Position numbers and translations under genes: made by a program. The notes under the pieces are model-generated. The model was not told the DNA's origin. It did not search any database and was given only the letters and a program-made list of their open reading frames with translations. Shown in pieces: positions 22,421 through 35,969 of a stretch of DNA of 64,000 nucleotides (its first letter is position 1; each line of letters begins with the position of its first letter). Source of the stretch: Lingula anatina (Eukaryota > Animalia > Brachiopoda); the NCBI GenBank assembly GCA_051362555.1, contig CM120642.1, positions 29,078,001-29,142,000 of the forward strand, in the 5' to 3' direction.

Positions 22421-22644
22421 ATTCAAAATTAATAAGTTTCTAACAACATAAAAAATTGAGATTGATGGATTTGTTTCAATTATCCCCCCGTTCTATATAT
22501 GTGAACTATGATGGCCAAAGGCGATACTCAGTATCCAATTTAACGTGGATTTTATTTTTTTCGGGCAAGTGAAAGAGTACGGCATTACTTGAAAAAATTA
22601 TGCATATTTCTCTGGCAAATGTATGTACCGTAAATTTTTACATT

Positions 22645-25541
22645 TTAATTGTCCTGTCGTTCAGGATAAAATCGTATAACTAACCCCTGGGCAGGAGCCA
22701 ATTCAATTACTTTGAAATCGACACGAGTTTCTAGGGCGAAGGCATCATTTTCGAAATTCCCCGTGTTAACTTCGACCACTCCATGTGAAGGAAGCCGCAG
22801 GTCTTCTTCTGTGAAATCTATGGACGATTTTTCTGTGCCAAAATTGATCATGACAAGGTAACTCGGTTCGCTTTCATAAGAACGAATGAACGAATAAATG
22901 TGCTTATTGATAAACCGTGACTTAAAGGTCCCTCGGTGAAAAGATGGCTGATCGCGCGTCTTGGCCAGAAAGCGGAATCTCCGCAAAACTGATTTGCCGG
23001 CATCGTCCGCCTTTTGGGTTGCCACGCTTAGCATTTGGCTGTCTGGATGGATATGTCCGATTTTTTCTTTAGACTGGGTGAATCCAGCATTTTCGCTGAT
23101 GTCCCATAACATTGGGGATTCTTTCCCTCCTGGACCTGCAATGGCATTATTCTGACCCAACTCATCACCAAAATACACCACAGGCGTGCCCGGCAAGAGC
23201 ATAACTAACATATTTATCGCAGTAGCGAAATTGCGTCCCAATCGAGTTACCATTCTCTCGTTACCATGGTAACTGGTCACCCAGTTTGGCCATTTGCCAA
23301 CTGGCATAGTGGTCATCCAACTCTCCACAATCCGCCCGATGCACTGACCACCGCAGGAACGCCCAACTTTTGTAAAGTCGCGGTTAACGGGCATGTCGGA
23401 TGAATTGTATAGTGCCATTACGCTGCGTGCGTGCTCGTAGTTAGCGTCCGATAACAGTATTTTGGTTTGGCCAGTTTTCTCGCCATATTCGTCCAGCAGA
23501 TGTCTCCAGTGGTCAAGGACCGCCCGTGATTCGGTGATGTTGCTAAGGAAACGGTGGTGCCAGCTTGGACATGGTGTCTGGCGATATGAAAATGCATATC
23601 AATGAACACATATCATTTGATAGAATTAATTTCTTCTTTCCTTCACCATTGAATGAGGAAGAGCAATATTAATTAATTAATCTCACAGATAACGTGGATG
23701 CGTTGTAATGTAAAATTAAGTTAGGAATAGGCCTACAATGCAAAATCAAGTAAGGGATTGCGTTCCACGGTTTGCATTTATCAATATTTAATCCTGAAAT
23801 ATACCTGCATTTCATCCTCGCTTTTTATATTCGCTGTAAGGTCTTCGTGCTCGAATAATCTGTCGACAGCTTGGAGTCTAAATCCGTCCACTCCCTGGTC
23901 TAACCAGAATCTCAAACTTGCCTGAACAAGATTAAAGTAAAGATAGTTACTAATTGCCTCTAAAAACTGATACTTAGTTTAAAGTGATTTTTCACAAACA
24001 GTTATGCTACCAGGTAGGGTGAAGAAATGATTCAGGACATCGACGTTCTAGTCGTTGCCTATCGATATTTCAGCTTTATAGGATATTCTAATCCCTCAAC
24101 CCTCTCCCGTCCAAAAACAGTAAAATCAAAATAAAACTTATGCTGATTTAAAACCTCTTTCGAGAAGACTCATGATGTTTTAGGATACTTTTTGACATTA
24201 TATTAGCCTGTACATCAGTTTGATTGCGATAGTTGAGCTGAAGATAAAATGACAATACCGTCACTTCAGCCACCACATCCGGGTTGCGGTAGTTGAGATC
24301 AGGCAGTGACCGTGAAAACTGATGCAGATAAAACTGTTGACGTTCTTCGTCCCACTCCCAGGCAGAATGGCAGGAATAATCCTTCCAGTCACTTGGCCGG
24401 CCTCGCTTTCCATTTTCGAGTAGGACACCGTCGGACCATATATAAAAATCTTTATATTTCTGACTGCTTTTTCTGCTCGCTTGAAACCACTGGTGCTGAT
24501 CGCTTGTGTGGTTTGGAATAAAATCCAGTATTATTTTCTTGCCTATCAATGGCAGAATAACATTGAATTAATAACAAACCTAATGTAAAAAAAACTTGCC
24601 GAAAATGCTAACATGTGAGGCAATATATTCTTTTTCTTAACAAAAAAGTGAATAGGCATATAATAGAGATAGAATGAATGTATGTTAGAATTGCTTTTAA
24701 AACTTTTAAAACATTTAATTTAAATTGATACATACAGAGCTAATGAAACTCTTCTCTCATCTGCTTTTAAAACGATGTGATTTGAATAAGCCTATATAAA
24801 AAGGAATGTATGTCGCATTGCCCCTGGTTAGATTTAAAAAAAAAACAATCATACTCTGTCGAAAATCAAATTTCAGAGAAGCTTTAATATCTTTCAGTTT
24901 TACAGGTGAAGTCGTGCACTTACCTTTGGCGTGGGCACTCTCTATAAGACGTTTAAAGTCCTGATGTGTGCCTAGCGCGGGGGCAACCTCTGTAAAACTT
25001 GTCACACCGTACCCTGCCCCGCTGCCACTGTGTTCATACACAGGACCCAGCAGGATGGCATTAACACGGATGTAGTCGAAATAGTCCAGCCGGTCAGTCA
25101 AACCTTAAATATAAGCAGAATCATTTTAATGAACACGGGCATAATATGATGATATACATGTATTGAAGTGTTCACCATAATTAATCACTGTAATAAAATG
25201 ATATATGATGATTTCGGAATTAATTTAGCTAATGCGTCAGGCGCGCATTAATTATTTCAATGAGCATAGATAAACAAATGATTTCTTAATGGCTGCAACG
25301 TTTACTTCACGGTTATTTCATATAATATTGGTTTGCTGTTAAAGAGGGACTGCAGACAATAAAAATGTTCACTATTTTCTTAATTGTTTTAACGTTGCCT
25401 TGTATGATAGGTCATTGCATTTTAATACCAGCCTTACATGTCCTCATTTCAGTGTAAGGGCGGGTGCCGAGATAACGGCATATCACGTGCATTGGTAAGT
25501 CAATGAGTTCACATACGGATGAGAGGATGTTCTGGGGAGTG

Positions 25542-25573
<32 letters not shown>

Positions 25574-25766
25574 GGGGGGGTGCTAGGAAGGAGGGTTGTG
25601 GGAGTGGAGGGAAGGCATGTCAATACATTACAAAAAATAGATCAATAGAATATAACCATGACTTTTAATACCTAGAATTTCAGCTAACCTCATTTTAACC
25701 AGATGTTAGAAAATAAATTGCCAGTCTCTCTCTCTCTCTCTCTCTCTCTCAAGCACACTCACACGT

Positions 25767-25832
<66 letters not shown>

Positions 25833-26277
25833 GCACGCATGAATCACGGAACTCGAAGGCAAAACACACACGGACACGCACACATGCACATAAACACACA
25901 CACACCTACATGTACGTGCGCGCACACACACTCAGACAATATGATGATCTCTTACCTTTCAAGTCCCCGACTCCGTCTCCATCACTGTCCTGGAAAAGCC
26001 TGGGCTCCACCTGATAGATAATGGAAGTCTGCCACCATTCTAGTGTTGGCTCGGTTGCGACAGGAAAAAAGGTCACCACGAAGTACCGTGGAATGACCAA
26101 AATCACACCGAGAAGTATTGTCACAAGCACAGACTGCGAAATGAACGAGACGTACTCCCATATTTCCGCGGACAGCGGTTGCGACTTTTTCCATCGAGGA
26201 GCGGGTTTCCATTCGGGCACTTGGTCCGTGCACACTTCGGAGGTGACGGTAGGGGCTTGACGCTGTCGCACGGACAT
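22645..26277 (-). CDS. GH13 alpha-glucosidase-like type II membrane protein, predicted catalytically inactive, ~611 aa (gene B)
   Basis: Exons 26277-25956, 25103-24924, 24542-24259, 23921-23805, 23577-22645 join into an uninterrupted ORF. The 180-nt and 284-nt exons match gene A in length and phase. Catalytic motifs read [14 protein letters not shown] and TSYHG. Confidence 0.9.
25542..25580. repeat. Poly-G tract (gene B intron 1)
   Basis: Directly visible. Confidence 0.9.
25725..25931. repeat. (TC)n/(CA)n microsatellite complex (gene B intron 1)
   Basis: Directly visible. Confidence 0.95.
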
Positions 26278-29200
26278 TTTGATGACCACGCCGCAGCGAC
26301 CAGAGATGTTATACGTGAGATTTGACACACATTGATTGAATTGATCATTCTAAACGGGGGAACCAAAGTCCGTTTACAGAACGATATATTTATTTACTCG
26401 CACTGTGCTAAATAATTCCCTTATCTCTCTGGCCCGACCTGCGGTTGATTTCATAGCATTGTTGTAGCACATCAATCAGATAGGGAGTTGGGTGGAGAGA
26501 GCAGGCTATTTTACATAGGAAATAACGAAACAAACGTGTTTTTATTTATCCATTTATTTTATTATTTATTTTATTATTTTTTTATTTTATTTATTTATTT
26601 ATTTTTTATTATTATTATTTTATTTTTTTTTTTTTTTTTTGAGAATGGTTATGTGTGAGGTAAGCTGTCACCCGAGCGATATATGCCATAACACCTCGAG
26701 CGCCAGCGAGAGGTGTTCATGGCGTATATATTGTGAGAGGGTGACAGTGTATTATTTAACATACATACAGAGAAAAATGCAGTCATTTCATCCTAAAACA
26801 CCCCTAAAACCGAATAAAGTGACCCTATATCACGCTCTAGAGATGTTTTATGGAATAAACTCATCCACGTGCGCTGGTCACCTCCCACCAAATTCTTACG
26901 TAATGTCTGACCAATTTGGTCAATTTTTGCTAAATTCTTGTTGTGGATGTTCAGCTCGCTTGAACAGTATTTAATCCACCTTCGACACTGACCATGCGCG
27001 TTTCAGCTGAGCCACACCTAGCTGGGACTGCTGCGGAAAAAAGGTACCAAGGCCACTTCTTTTTAGTGATAAACAAGGAGCGTCGGACCGGAATTTAGTC
27101 AAATTAATTTTTCAAAAGTGCAAAGTAATAAGAAATGTACATTTTTGTGATATTTCTAACAAAGATGCAGTTTCGGAATATAGTCAAAGTCAGACGGATG
27201 TTTATTACTAGTCCACAGGAGTAATCATTCTACGTTTTGGTGACATTTTTTACTAGGAGGCGGTTTCGGAATATACATGTGCTGGTTTTCAGAGCATTCA
27301 TGTGCTACATGAAATTACAAGTATTTCTGATTAAGAGGAAGAATGAACAGCTTAAAAACAAAAGGTAAATAAAACAACCGTCGTTAAAAAGTTTAGATTT
27401 ACAAATATTTTTGTATGCACGTGTGCCTTAAATGTAAAAAATTCCCGTTTCCAAACCATACCCATATGATATGACTTAGTGTAATAAAATGATAAATAAT
27501 AATTGTTGAACGTGAAAAGTTTATGCTAACTTTTAAGAGTGTGAGAGATTTAAAATTTGTCTAGGTACATAACGCAAGTAAAGTCACTATTTTCTTGATA
27601 CCAAGAAGGTTACATGTTAAGCTCTGTCTTCGGCTTTCAGCATTTTAGAAACCTCGACTGATTTAACCAAGATGTAGTCTAGAAGATTACATCGAGGTTA
27701 TAAATCCGAGTTTTCCGAGAGACGCTACGCAGAAATGTCGAGTGAAGCAAGATATTTCAGGGTAGCGGCTCGAGGTTACCCTCGATCTTCACTGAAGCTA
27801 AGCTAAATGGACAGGCTTCAGTGATCAGCATATCGCCACGGTCACATAACAGCCCTAGGTATGTATACGTTTGAAAGTAGGTAGAATGAGTTTAGTCTGA
27901 TGATTTTTATTTGATATCGGTTGTAATTGTGTGTGGGTGTGGGGGGGGGGGCGTTACTGATGAAGAAAACTAAAATTCTAAATTGGATAATTAGTTGATT
28001 ATGACTAGCTGGGAGCGAGCGCACGTTCGTAGAATGACAAAGTTCTGGTTTACCGGTATGTGAGTTTCGCACATAATTTAATCTCTAGGAAGATTCTGAC
28101 ATCTAATAATCATTTCTATTTGAAGAAAGTTGACTGTATAAACAGAGGGTATCAACTCAGGTGTCAACTTTACGTACCGCCGGTGTGTGCTGCAATAAAA
28201 ATTCCGTGTAATAAGCTTGAAAAACGAAAAAAAAAAAACCAAGTAGACTGGTGCAAGTCTATATAACTAAATATGCCATACGTGCTAGCAGACTTTGACA
28301 AACGTAAGTCTCATATTTCGAATTAAATCAAATTCCATCGATTGAATGTCGTAGAGACCCCGCCAAGTCATTTTTGGTACGTCTCCCTTTGTCATCCACG
28401 GCTGACTGAGCCCTGGCCTTAGCGGGGGTCGAAATGAATGTGTCTCGCACCACAGCCCTATTTTCATCAAGACTGGATCATAAATCATCTCTGAAACCCT
28501 CAAGATTAATCAGCATTTCATTGCGTGGCGAAGTTTTTATAGGTAATTATTGTAATTTGTAGGGTGTTTTGTGACCAGGGTCTATAAATCAGCTCAGCAT
28601 TCATACTGTATTGAGGTGCCGATTAGGTGACAAGGATTTAGTGTCTAGGTTGGCGTTTTTAGCTACAGTACGTGCAGGTCAAAAGAAGGTTTCGAAAAGA
28701 ACGAGACTTTCTTTGCGGTGTTTTTGGTGTTACTATGTGTAGTAATGTCGATCATGGGCACCTATTGCTTCAACCAAAGCAAAAGAGCAAGACTTTTTTG
28801 TGATATTCTGTGTAGTAATGCCGCTGAAAAAGAGATTTTGTGTCAAGAAGTACATCGCAAGTTAATAGAATTTATAAAAAAATTACAATCATTGATACTC
28901 TTTGCTTCAATTAACGCAAAGTATTGATAAGTGTCGAAAAAAACTACAACAAACGCGTAATAAGTGAAGAGTCATGCCATACCATGTAAATTACATCTAA
29001 AAAATCAAATTTTCTGGGATGGGGGTGGGGGTAAATAAAAGCAGTGGTATTTACAACATACATGTTACCGTATGGAGTGCGTAAATTAGTATTTATGATT
29101 CTCGGTTTTGCATGACCCTCTACCACGGCCACAGATTGATTTTTCATTAGATATTCACAGGTATGTCTCTAATTTAATGCTGGGACTTTTGGGTCAGAGA

Positions 29201-31053
29201 AAAGTGTACATAATAAAAATTGTGGCCCTGGTAGAGGGTAATTATGCATGATTTTGCTATTCCCTGTTCAGTCGAGAACGGCATTTGGATATCACTTGAA
29301 ATTACATATCTTAAAATTAAATGTTATTTTCTCTATTTCCTCTTTTACGTCTACGTTTTCTTTTCTCTTTTTAATCAATTTTTTCTATTTTTTTTTTCTT
29401 TTTCCATCTTTTTCCACTTCTCTCTTCTTTTTTATCTCATTTCGATCTCTCCTATTTGTCTTTGAAAGAATACACTATCTTTTGTATATTTTCAGGGACG
29501 CAATCATGCCGATTAATTCCTATAGAAAAAGAAAGGATTGGTATTGTTACGTTACAGTACCACCAGTTGACCTGCCTGACCCATTCAACCTAACACAAAC
29601 AAAAATATGTGTCTCAACCCGAAAAGAGAGCATAAAGACGGGCATACAAATGTCTCGAAAGAAAAAAGTATTTTTTCAACAGGTAAGAATAAAGGATACA
29701 GTGATGCAAATGTTATTTTTGCAAAAGCTTTGTAAAAGGTAGCGTGTTCTACATTGTACAAGTAGCTGAACGGCACCTGTTGTTTCAGATTTCATTTGAT
29801 TTGGTGACATGAATTAAGGGTTACGAGTTCGGAGATGACAAAAGTCAGATCAGTACGAAAACACGGGCTGTAGGCACGGGGGCACTTGGCACTGCGCGTG
29901 GGGGTTGAAAGTTCGACACCAAGACAGATTGCCGTACCTGGAGCTTGTCATTTAGGTAAGTGGTCCTTTTTTTAAGTAATATCTACACTCTAGCAGGGCC
30001 GCAGATAAATAATGTGAACTCTTCTGTGTCATTATTTGTGTCAAAGTAGCCAGAGACATATCTGCGAAGGTCTAGTGAAAAATCAATCCGTGATCCTGGT
30101 AGAGAGTAAAGAACTTCTATGTTCAGTAACAAATTATGGACCATCCCGATTTTGTTGTTCTAAAACGGTAAAAGCATTCAAAATTCATAGGCTCACAAGA
30201 TTATCAACTCCTAAACTGTTATTGAACAGAAGACATGATGATTTTTTCACCTTGTTTTTGGATAACTGGTTCTTGCCAGTGGTCCATGTGACCAAGACAA
30301 TTTCAACTAAAAAGTTAGCCGTGCTATCCTCCCTAACAAAGGTATGATCGATTTCTATTCGTCAAATAATTTCACCACAATTAGTAAATCTGGGAATAGC
30401 AATTGCCTATTGCTGATTATGCAAACCATTTGAGCCAAGAGTAAATAGAATCTCAACCCAAGCCAACGAGTCAACGTTAGACGATTTTTTTCTTTGTCAG
30501 AGTAAAGATTGATTGGTAGCTGATGACTGTTCATCGCGAAATTTGGCAAATATATAGATCGAAACAACCGAAAATAAAAATAGATTTTACGTATGAAAAA
30601 AAGAAGAAAATTTATCTTTTGAATGTAAAGAGTACCAATTGTTAGGAAAGTCAGATTTTCCTTAAGTTTATCATCCTGGGCTTCAGTTTTCAAATCTTTA
30701 GTAAAAATTTTAACATTTTATTTGTAACCACAAACATGCAAAGACTCACTGGTCAGACATTGCGTCACTACATAACCAGTTAGTTTCTGGTAAAAAAAGG
30801 TGTCTGATAAAAACAATTCGTGTGGTGATTTCTATTGACTTTGGAAAAGTTCCCGAACAGGTACACGTAGAACGGCAGTAAACATATGCTCTATATTTAC
30901 TTACGATTCAAGTAAGAGAAAATATACACACAGCAACAAAACAATAAGTTAAATAAACTGCATGTATTCAACTGTTTGCCTAGCCATGTATTCATACTTA
31001 GGTGTCAATAACATGGGTATGACACATGGGTTTGTAACAAAACAAAACAATAA

Positions 31054-31269
31054 GACTGGGTTCCCACAGATTTAGATCGATCCATCTGGATCAACCTAAC
31101 TCCCTGGGGGTTCACGCTTAATTGCCGTCAGCCGAGCGCGCACGAAAGTTAATTACCCCCATACAACTTTTAGTAGGCGGGACAGGCATTTAAGCCGGCT
31201 AAGCTGACAGCAATCTAGTGAGGCTCCCCACAGGGATAGATCGATCTAAAAATCCGTGGGAATGCAGTC
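31054..31269. mobile_element. MITE (~216 bp) with ~30-bp imperfect terminal inverted repeats, TAA/TTA flanks
   Basis: Ends gactgggttcccacagatttagatcgatc ... gatcgatctaaaaatccgtgggaatgcagtc. A second full copy lies at 38204-38418. Confidence 0.85.
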
Positions 31270-34249
31270 TTAGTTGAATAAATTATATGGATTGAATTGT
31301 TTAACTAACCACGTATTCATACTTAGGTTGTCAATAACATCATTATGATACCTGTTTTCATCTAAGAATAAAATGTGAATAAATATTCGGCTATTTGAAA
31401 ATTTAAGCTAAGAGTTTCTGTTTAAACAACACCCTGGCCTCCAAAATCAGCTTACAGTATTTACTTTGAATGATATTAGATTTGATTAAGATGAAGCCTT
31501 TAAACAGAAGATCTAAAGTAAGAATTACGTATAAGTTGTTATTATGTTTTATATCTGCTGATGAAGAAATTTTGTAACACTGTATATGCCTGTATACTGG
31601 TAGCAGCGCCTCTTGAATAACAGCGCCTCCATATAACTCCAACTTGAATGCTTTACGTCTAATTGGATGACGTGCTTATATTAGCATACGCATAATGTTT
31701 TTGCTGAGTTTTAATCTAATTAAATTCAGATTAAATATCAGTTAATCTGTTATCCCAGACTGGTTTAAAAATTATAGCAATAGGTACTACAGAATAAAAT
31801 GTGAATGGATAGACTAAAAGATATTTATAGCATGACAAACATAGAAAGAAGAGACTAACATAAGGGAGAATCCCTGTAGACCAAGGTAAAGAACTGATTT
31901 CGAGTCACGGATGTGTTTGATGAACGGTAAAAATCATTCTTACAAACACGTAGAAACCTCAGTGCTTCTGTGTCTTTATAATGATCAGTTGTTGCTATTA
32001 GAACACGGTATGGTATCTCATCTATGCAGAGCTTTCAGTGTCTAAATATAATCTGCTGCGCGTGATATTCACAGTGTATTAATGTATACGAAGTGTTTTT
32101 TGCCCTCAGTTTATTGATACAACTTCTATTTTTAATCCCAGATTGTGTAAATATATTTTTAGCTGTCCGAAGATCACTGGCTGTAATGTGTTATACTGTG
32201 AACGGCAATTTCATTTAACTTTTTTTTTTCTTTCTTCAAAAGATTATATGAAGAATTTGAGACTACGAAACGCGTGCTTGGATGACCTACTGTGTGTCAA
32301 CTTCCTGCAAAACATGACACTTCCTAAGGACAAATAACATCCATTAATTGTGACCCGAGATTGCACTAAAAAATTATTACAAACGATACCCTAATCCAAT
32401 TAATAAATCGATTCTGATTCTGCCTAAGGGCAAGCAAATTACCTCGAGGGCTCCCGTAACCCGGCTAAGGTTGGGCGATCACAGCTGTGTTTGTTTCATT
32501 ATTCTTGCCATAATATTACATCCTTTGATCCACTGAGTGAACAAGGTAAATGAAATAGTAGGTTAATATTTTAAAGTAGATCATTGTCAACAATTGGCTC
32601 CTTCAATCAACACATAGACATAGCTGGCATTGTATAACAATTATTCGCCCGGCTGATGCCTTTACATTTGAGAAAAGCACAACAATGCACAGGGCCTCTA
32701 AATGCGATATCAAATCGCTGTTCGCATGATTGCTAGCGTTAAATTGTACACATGTTTCGGTCATTCTTATTCTAAATTAGTAATAACAAATTTAAAATGC
32801 ACTAGTTGACACATGACCTTACCGGTCACGTGACCTAGGTAACTGAACGGTCAACTGCGTCACAGAGGTGGCGTTTGTAAAGTAAGCTGTGACTGTGCTT
32901 CGACTCGATCATAATTTTCACTTGCAAATAAATACACAGCCTATTGTCTGTGCTTTGAATTGAAAAGTAGCACTAACCTTTCGCATAGTGTGAAAAAAAT
33001 AAATGCAAAGCTACAACGTCATTTTGATAAATTGTCAATAACATTTAAATATTTTCATTTTTAAATCTTACAAGACTTATGTGGTGTTTTTGCACTGGCT
33101 ACTGGGGACAAAGAAATAACAATGACACTGTAAATAATTCTGGTCTATCGATCTAAATATTGTGTAGACCAACTCTCTCAGCAAACGAATCAATTATTAA
33201 ACCTACCGGGTATGTTATAACATTCATCTGTTATTGTAAACAAATCACCGTACACGACCCAATCCCAGGGACATGCCTTAACCTCAAAGGTTTATTTGAA
33301 GCCAAGGCGCGTAATACTTGGTGGATGTAAACAAAAAATTAAGAATAGCTCATGATGAATGGCGATGCCGCAATTTGCTCCTATTTTTGGTCTTGGAAGG
33401 AGTTAATTTGTTATGAATGATTATTCTTAGAATAGCAAGAGTGCAATCGAGGTGTGAGCGATATTTGCTTAAATACAGGCATGCATGATTGTTTTAAGCC
33501 TCCTGATGACTGCATATTAATATAGTGCTCATATCATTGACGGAACATGAAACAGGAGGTGGGTGACATTAGACTTAAACCTTCTGCAATTAATACGTTT
33601 TATTCGTCCGAGCTTAAACTTTGGCAACTCATTATTTTCTTTTTTCCAAAATGATTGCGCGCCAAGAAAAGGAAAATGAAAAAGATATCCGTAAAATTGA
33701 AATATTTAACGACAAGCTTGTAAAGTTGGAATTTTTTCTTTTTGTTCAGTTTAAGTTATATTCTAATCAGCGCTATGTGGTTCATTAAAAGTTCTTCAAT
33801 TCCAAACTACAGGTTTTGGATCACTTGGTATTTACAAGGACTTCTTTAGTAACGACTTCTTGTGTTGCTTTGTTATTTAAATTGTGTTAAAACGTCGCAA
33901 CATTTTCATATGCCTTCTTTGCTCCAAACGACCAGATTACAGTTAATATGGATGCACTACATGTACGACTGAGCAACCTGGGCGGACTTGTTGTCACATT
34001 TAAGACCAATTTTTCGGTCTAAATTTGTCTTTGTGGGAAGGAAGATAAGGGTCGCACTACAATGCTGGTAATGATGAAGATCGAAAGAAAATATAGCAGC
34101 AGAAAATAAATCAGATGACAAACATAAGTTACTAATTCCTTTTTGTACGCAGTCAAGAAAATCTATTGATTTAGTAAATGGTAACGTTTTATATTTTCTT
34201 TCAGAAACCAAAGTTGGCCCCCCTTGATCCAGATATCCTACAGAAAACA

Positions 34250-35503
34250 ATGGCCTCAAGTCCTCGAGCGTCTCCCCACATGAGGAGAACCAGTCGTCTG
34301 GACAAACTGGAGGCCCAGAACCGCAAATTACGGTCCAAACTGAAGAAAATGGAGAAACGCGTGGACAACGTCGATAATCATCTCAAAGTTCCAGATGAGG
34401 ACTTCAATAATAAAGTAGAAAAACTTTCTGACGCGTATAAAATCTTAACTACAGGGGGATGTGGTGGCCCTGTAAGTACCTCAAATAACAGACAGAATGG
34501 AGTGACAAAACCCGTGGGGGATGACCCTCGTTGGCGACGCTTCAGATCTCGTTCGCCGACTCCATCACACGTTTCTCCACGCAGCCAAGAATCCTTGCCT
34601 GCGGTTTCTCCGCGCCCCGTGTTACCTCCATTACAGACTCAACTTTCACCCGAACAACCGAGTCCGAAACTTCTTCAACGCAGACGACACTCAATATGTC
34701 ACGTGCCTTTATCACATCCACAGCTACCAACCAATCAAAATTCGACAAATGTTGCAAAATCCGAGGATTCCGGTGAGAAATCAGAAGATTCCGAATTATC
34801 CACTAATGGATCGTCTGGTCCTTTACATAAAACCGGTACGATTCACACAGAATCTGCCGTGGAGATTTCGGTCACGGACCTCGCCGCACCTGAACCAGTT
34901 GAGATCATCGTCAGTAATGTTCCCGGATCCGCCCCAGACGGAGAAGAAGCCCCCAAAGATGACATTCCGAAAATCCCTCCTATCCGTAACAGGCGAAGAA
35001 ACTCGATTGCCGTTGGAACTGACCTCAGAAAGTTTCAACAAACTGAACGAAAGAAAGCGATCATACAAATTGAACGAAAGAAATCAAGCTCTTTAGAAAG
35101 ACTAGAATCAATTTGTGAAGAAAAAATGGCAATAGTTCGGCCCAGTTTCCATTCGGGGACAAAAAATGTCCCTTTATTTCTGCACCCCGAGTTCTTTCAC
35201 CTTCTTCAAACGTCGGGTCGGACTCGCGATAAACAAGAGACGGCAGCATCGGCGAATAATCCCGATTTCTTAAAGCCAGCGATTCCCGAGTACCGCATGG
35301 CGTCGAGTTTACGCCCTTCAGATGCCGCGGCGGCCCCAGTTGAAATGCAGACAGAAAAAAAGGGACTGGCGTCTTGGCTGGGGATGTCAAAGAAGTCGTT
35401 GAAAAGAGTACAGGAACGTCAAAGTAACGACCAGGCAGCGGAGGAGAGTATGGCTGCCAAACCCCGGTCCATAAATGACCGAAGAAAATCAGTTCTTTTC
35501 TGA
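34250..35503 (+). CDS. Uncharacterised, largely disordered protein with N-terminal coiled coil, ~417 aa, single coding exon (gene C)
   Basis: Long ORF in AT-rich DNA, preceded by a polypyrimidine-CAG acceptor at 34204. Shares several conserved blocks with ORF 41706-43166. Confidence 0.85.
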   Translation: MASSPRASPHMRRTSRLDKLEAQNRKLRSKLKKMEKRVDNVDNHLKVPDEDFNNKVEKLSDAYKILTTGGCGGPVSTSNNRQNGVTKPVGDDPRWRRFRSRSPTPSHVSPRSQESLPAVSPRPVLPPLQTQLSPEQPSPKLLQRRRHSICHVPLSHPQLPTNQNSTNVAKSEDSGEKSEDSELSTNGSSGPLHKTGTIHTESAVEISVTDLAAPEPVEIIVSNVPGSAPDGEEAPKDDIPKIPPIRNRRRNSIAVGTDLRKFQQTERKKAIIQIERKKSSSLERLESICEEKMAIVRPSFHSGTKNVPLFLHPEFFHLLQTSGRTRDKQETAASANNPDFLKPAIPEYRMASSLRPSDAAAAPVEMQTEKKGLASWLGMSKKSLKRVQERQSNDQAAEESMAAKPRSINDRRKSVLF

Positions 35504-35712
35504 CCAAGTGATGACGTTAATTTCTTTTTACAATTTTATATTTTTGTTTGGTTAAAGTTTTAAACCTCTCGAAACTTATAAAAACATTTGCTTTCTGTGT
35601 GCTTCGCATTAACAATATATTTACGTATGCAGAGCACGCTCCGAATATCTTAATGTGTTAGTACATGTATGCATTTTGCAATTTTTGCATGGATTTATTC
35701 TGATGTTACTAA

Positions 35713-35969
35713 GGCTTCGTTCACATGCAATGTCTATTTTCTAAATTCTATTTTCTATTCGCGCTATCTTATGATCACGGTCTGTGCACTGAATATCCCG
35801 CCGCGTAATTACTGGCAGCGCGAGCCAGTTACTTATAGTAACTTATAGTAACTGGCTCGCGCTGCCAGTAATTACGCGGCGGGATATTCAGTGCACAGAC
35901 CGTGATCATAAGACATGCCGCAAATAGAAAATAGAATTTAGAAAATAGACATTGCATGTGAATGAAGCC
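35713..35969. mobile_element. Palindromic MITE (257 bp), TAA target-site duplication, PIF/Harbinger (Tourist)-like
   Basis: Arms of ~120 bp (GGCTTCGTTCACATGCAATG... / ...CATTGCATGTGAATGAAGCC) are near-perfect reverse complements. TAA flanks both ends (35710-35712 and 35970-35972). Confidence 0.9.

Noticed and set aside
22645-23609. Apparent frameshift or pseudogene in gene B suggested by the split ORF-track entries
   Set aside because: Using the acceptor at 23578/23577, the exon reads in one frame (TPCPSWHH...[20 protein letters not shown]...) through to the stop, so there is no lesion
25703-26021. HT-repeat and VC-repeat ORFs
   Set aside because: Translations of a (CA)n microsatellite
29244-29742. 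Hydrophobic Phe-rich ORFs
   Set aside because: Produced by T-rich low-complexity sequence
34521-35507. 191-aa alternate-frame ORF and 148-aa antisense ORF within gene C
   Set aside because: Only the main frame shows homology to paralogue D
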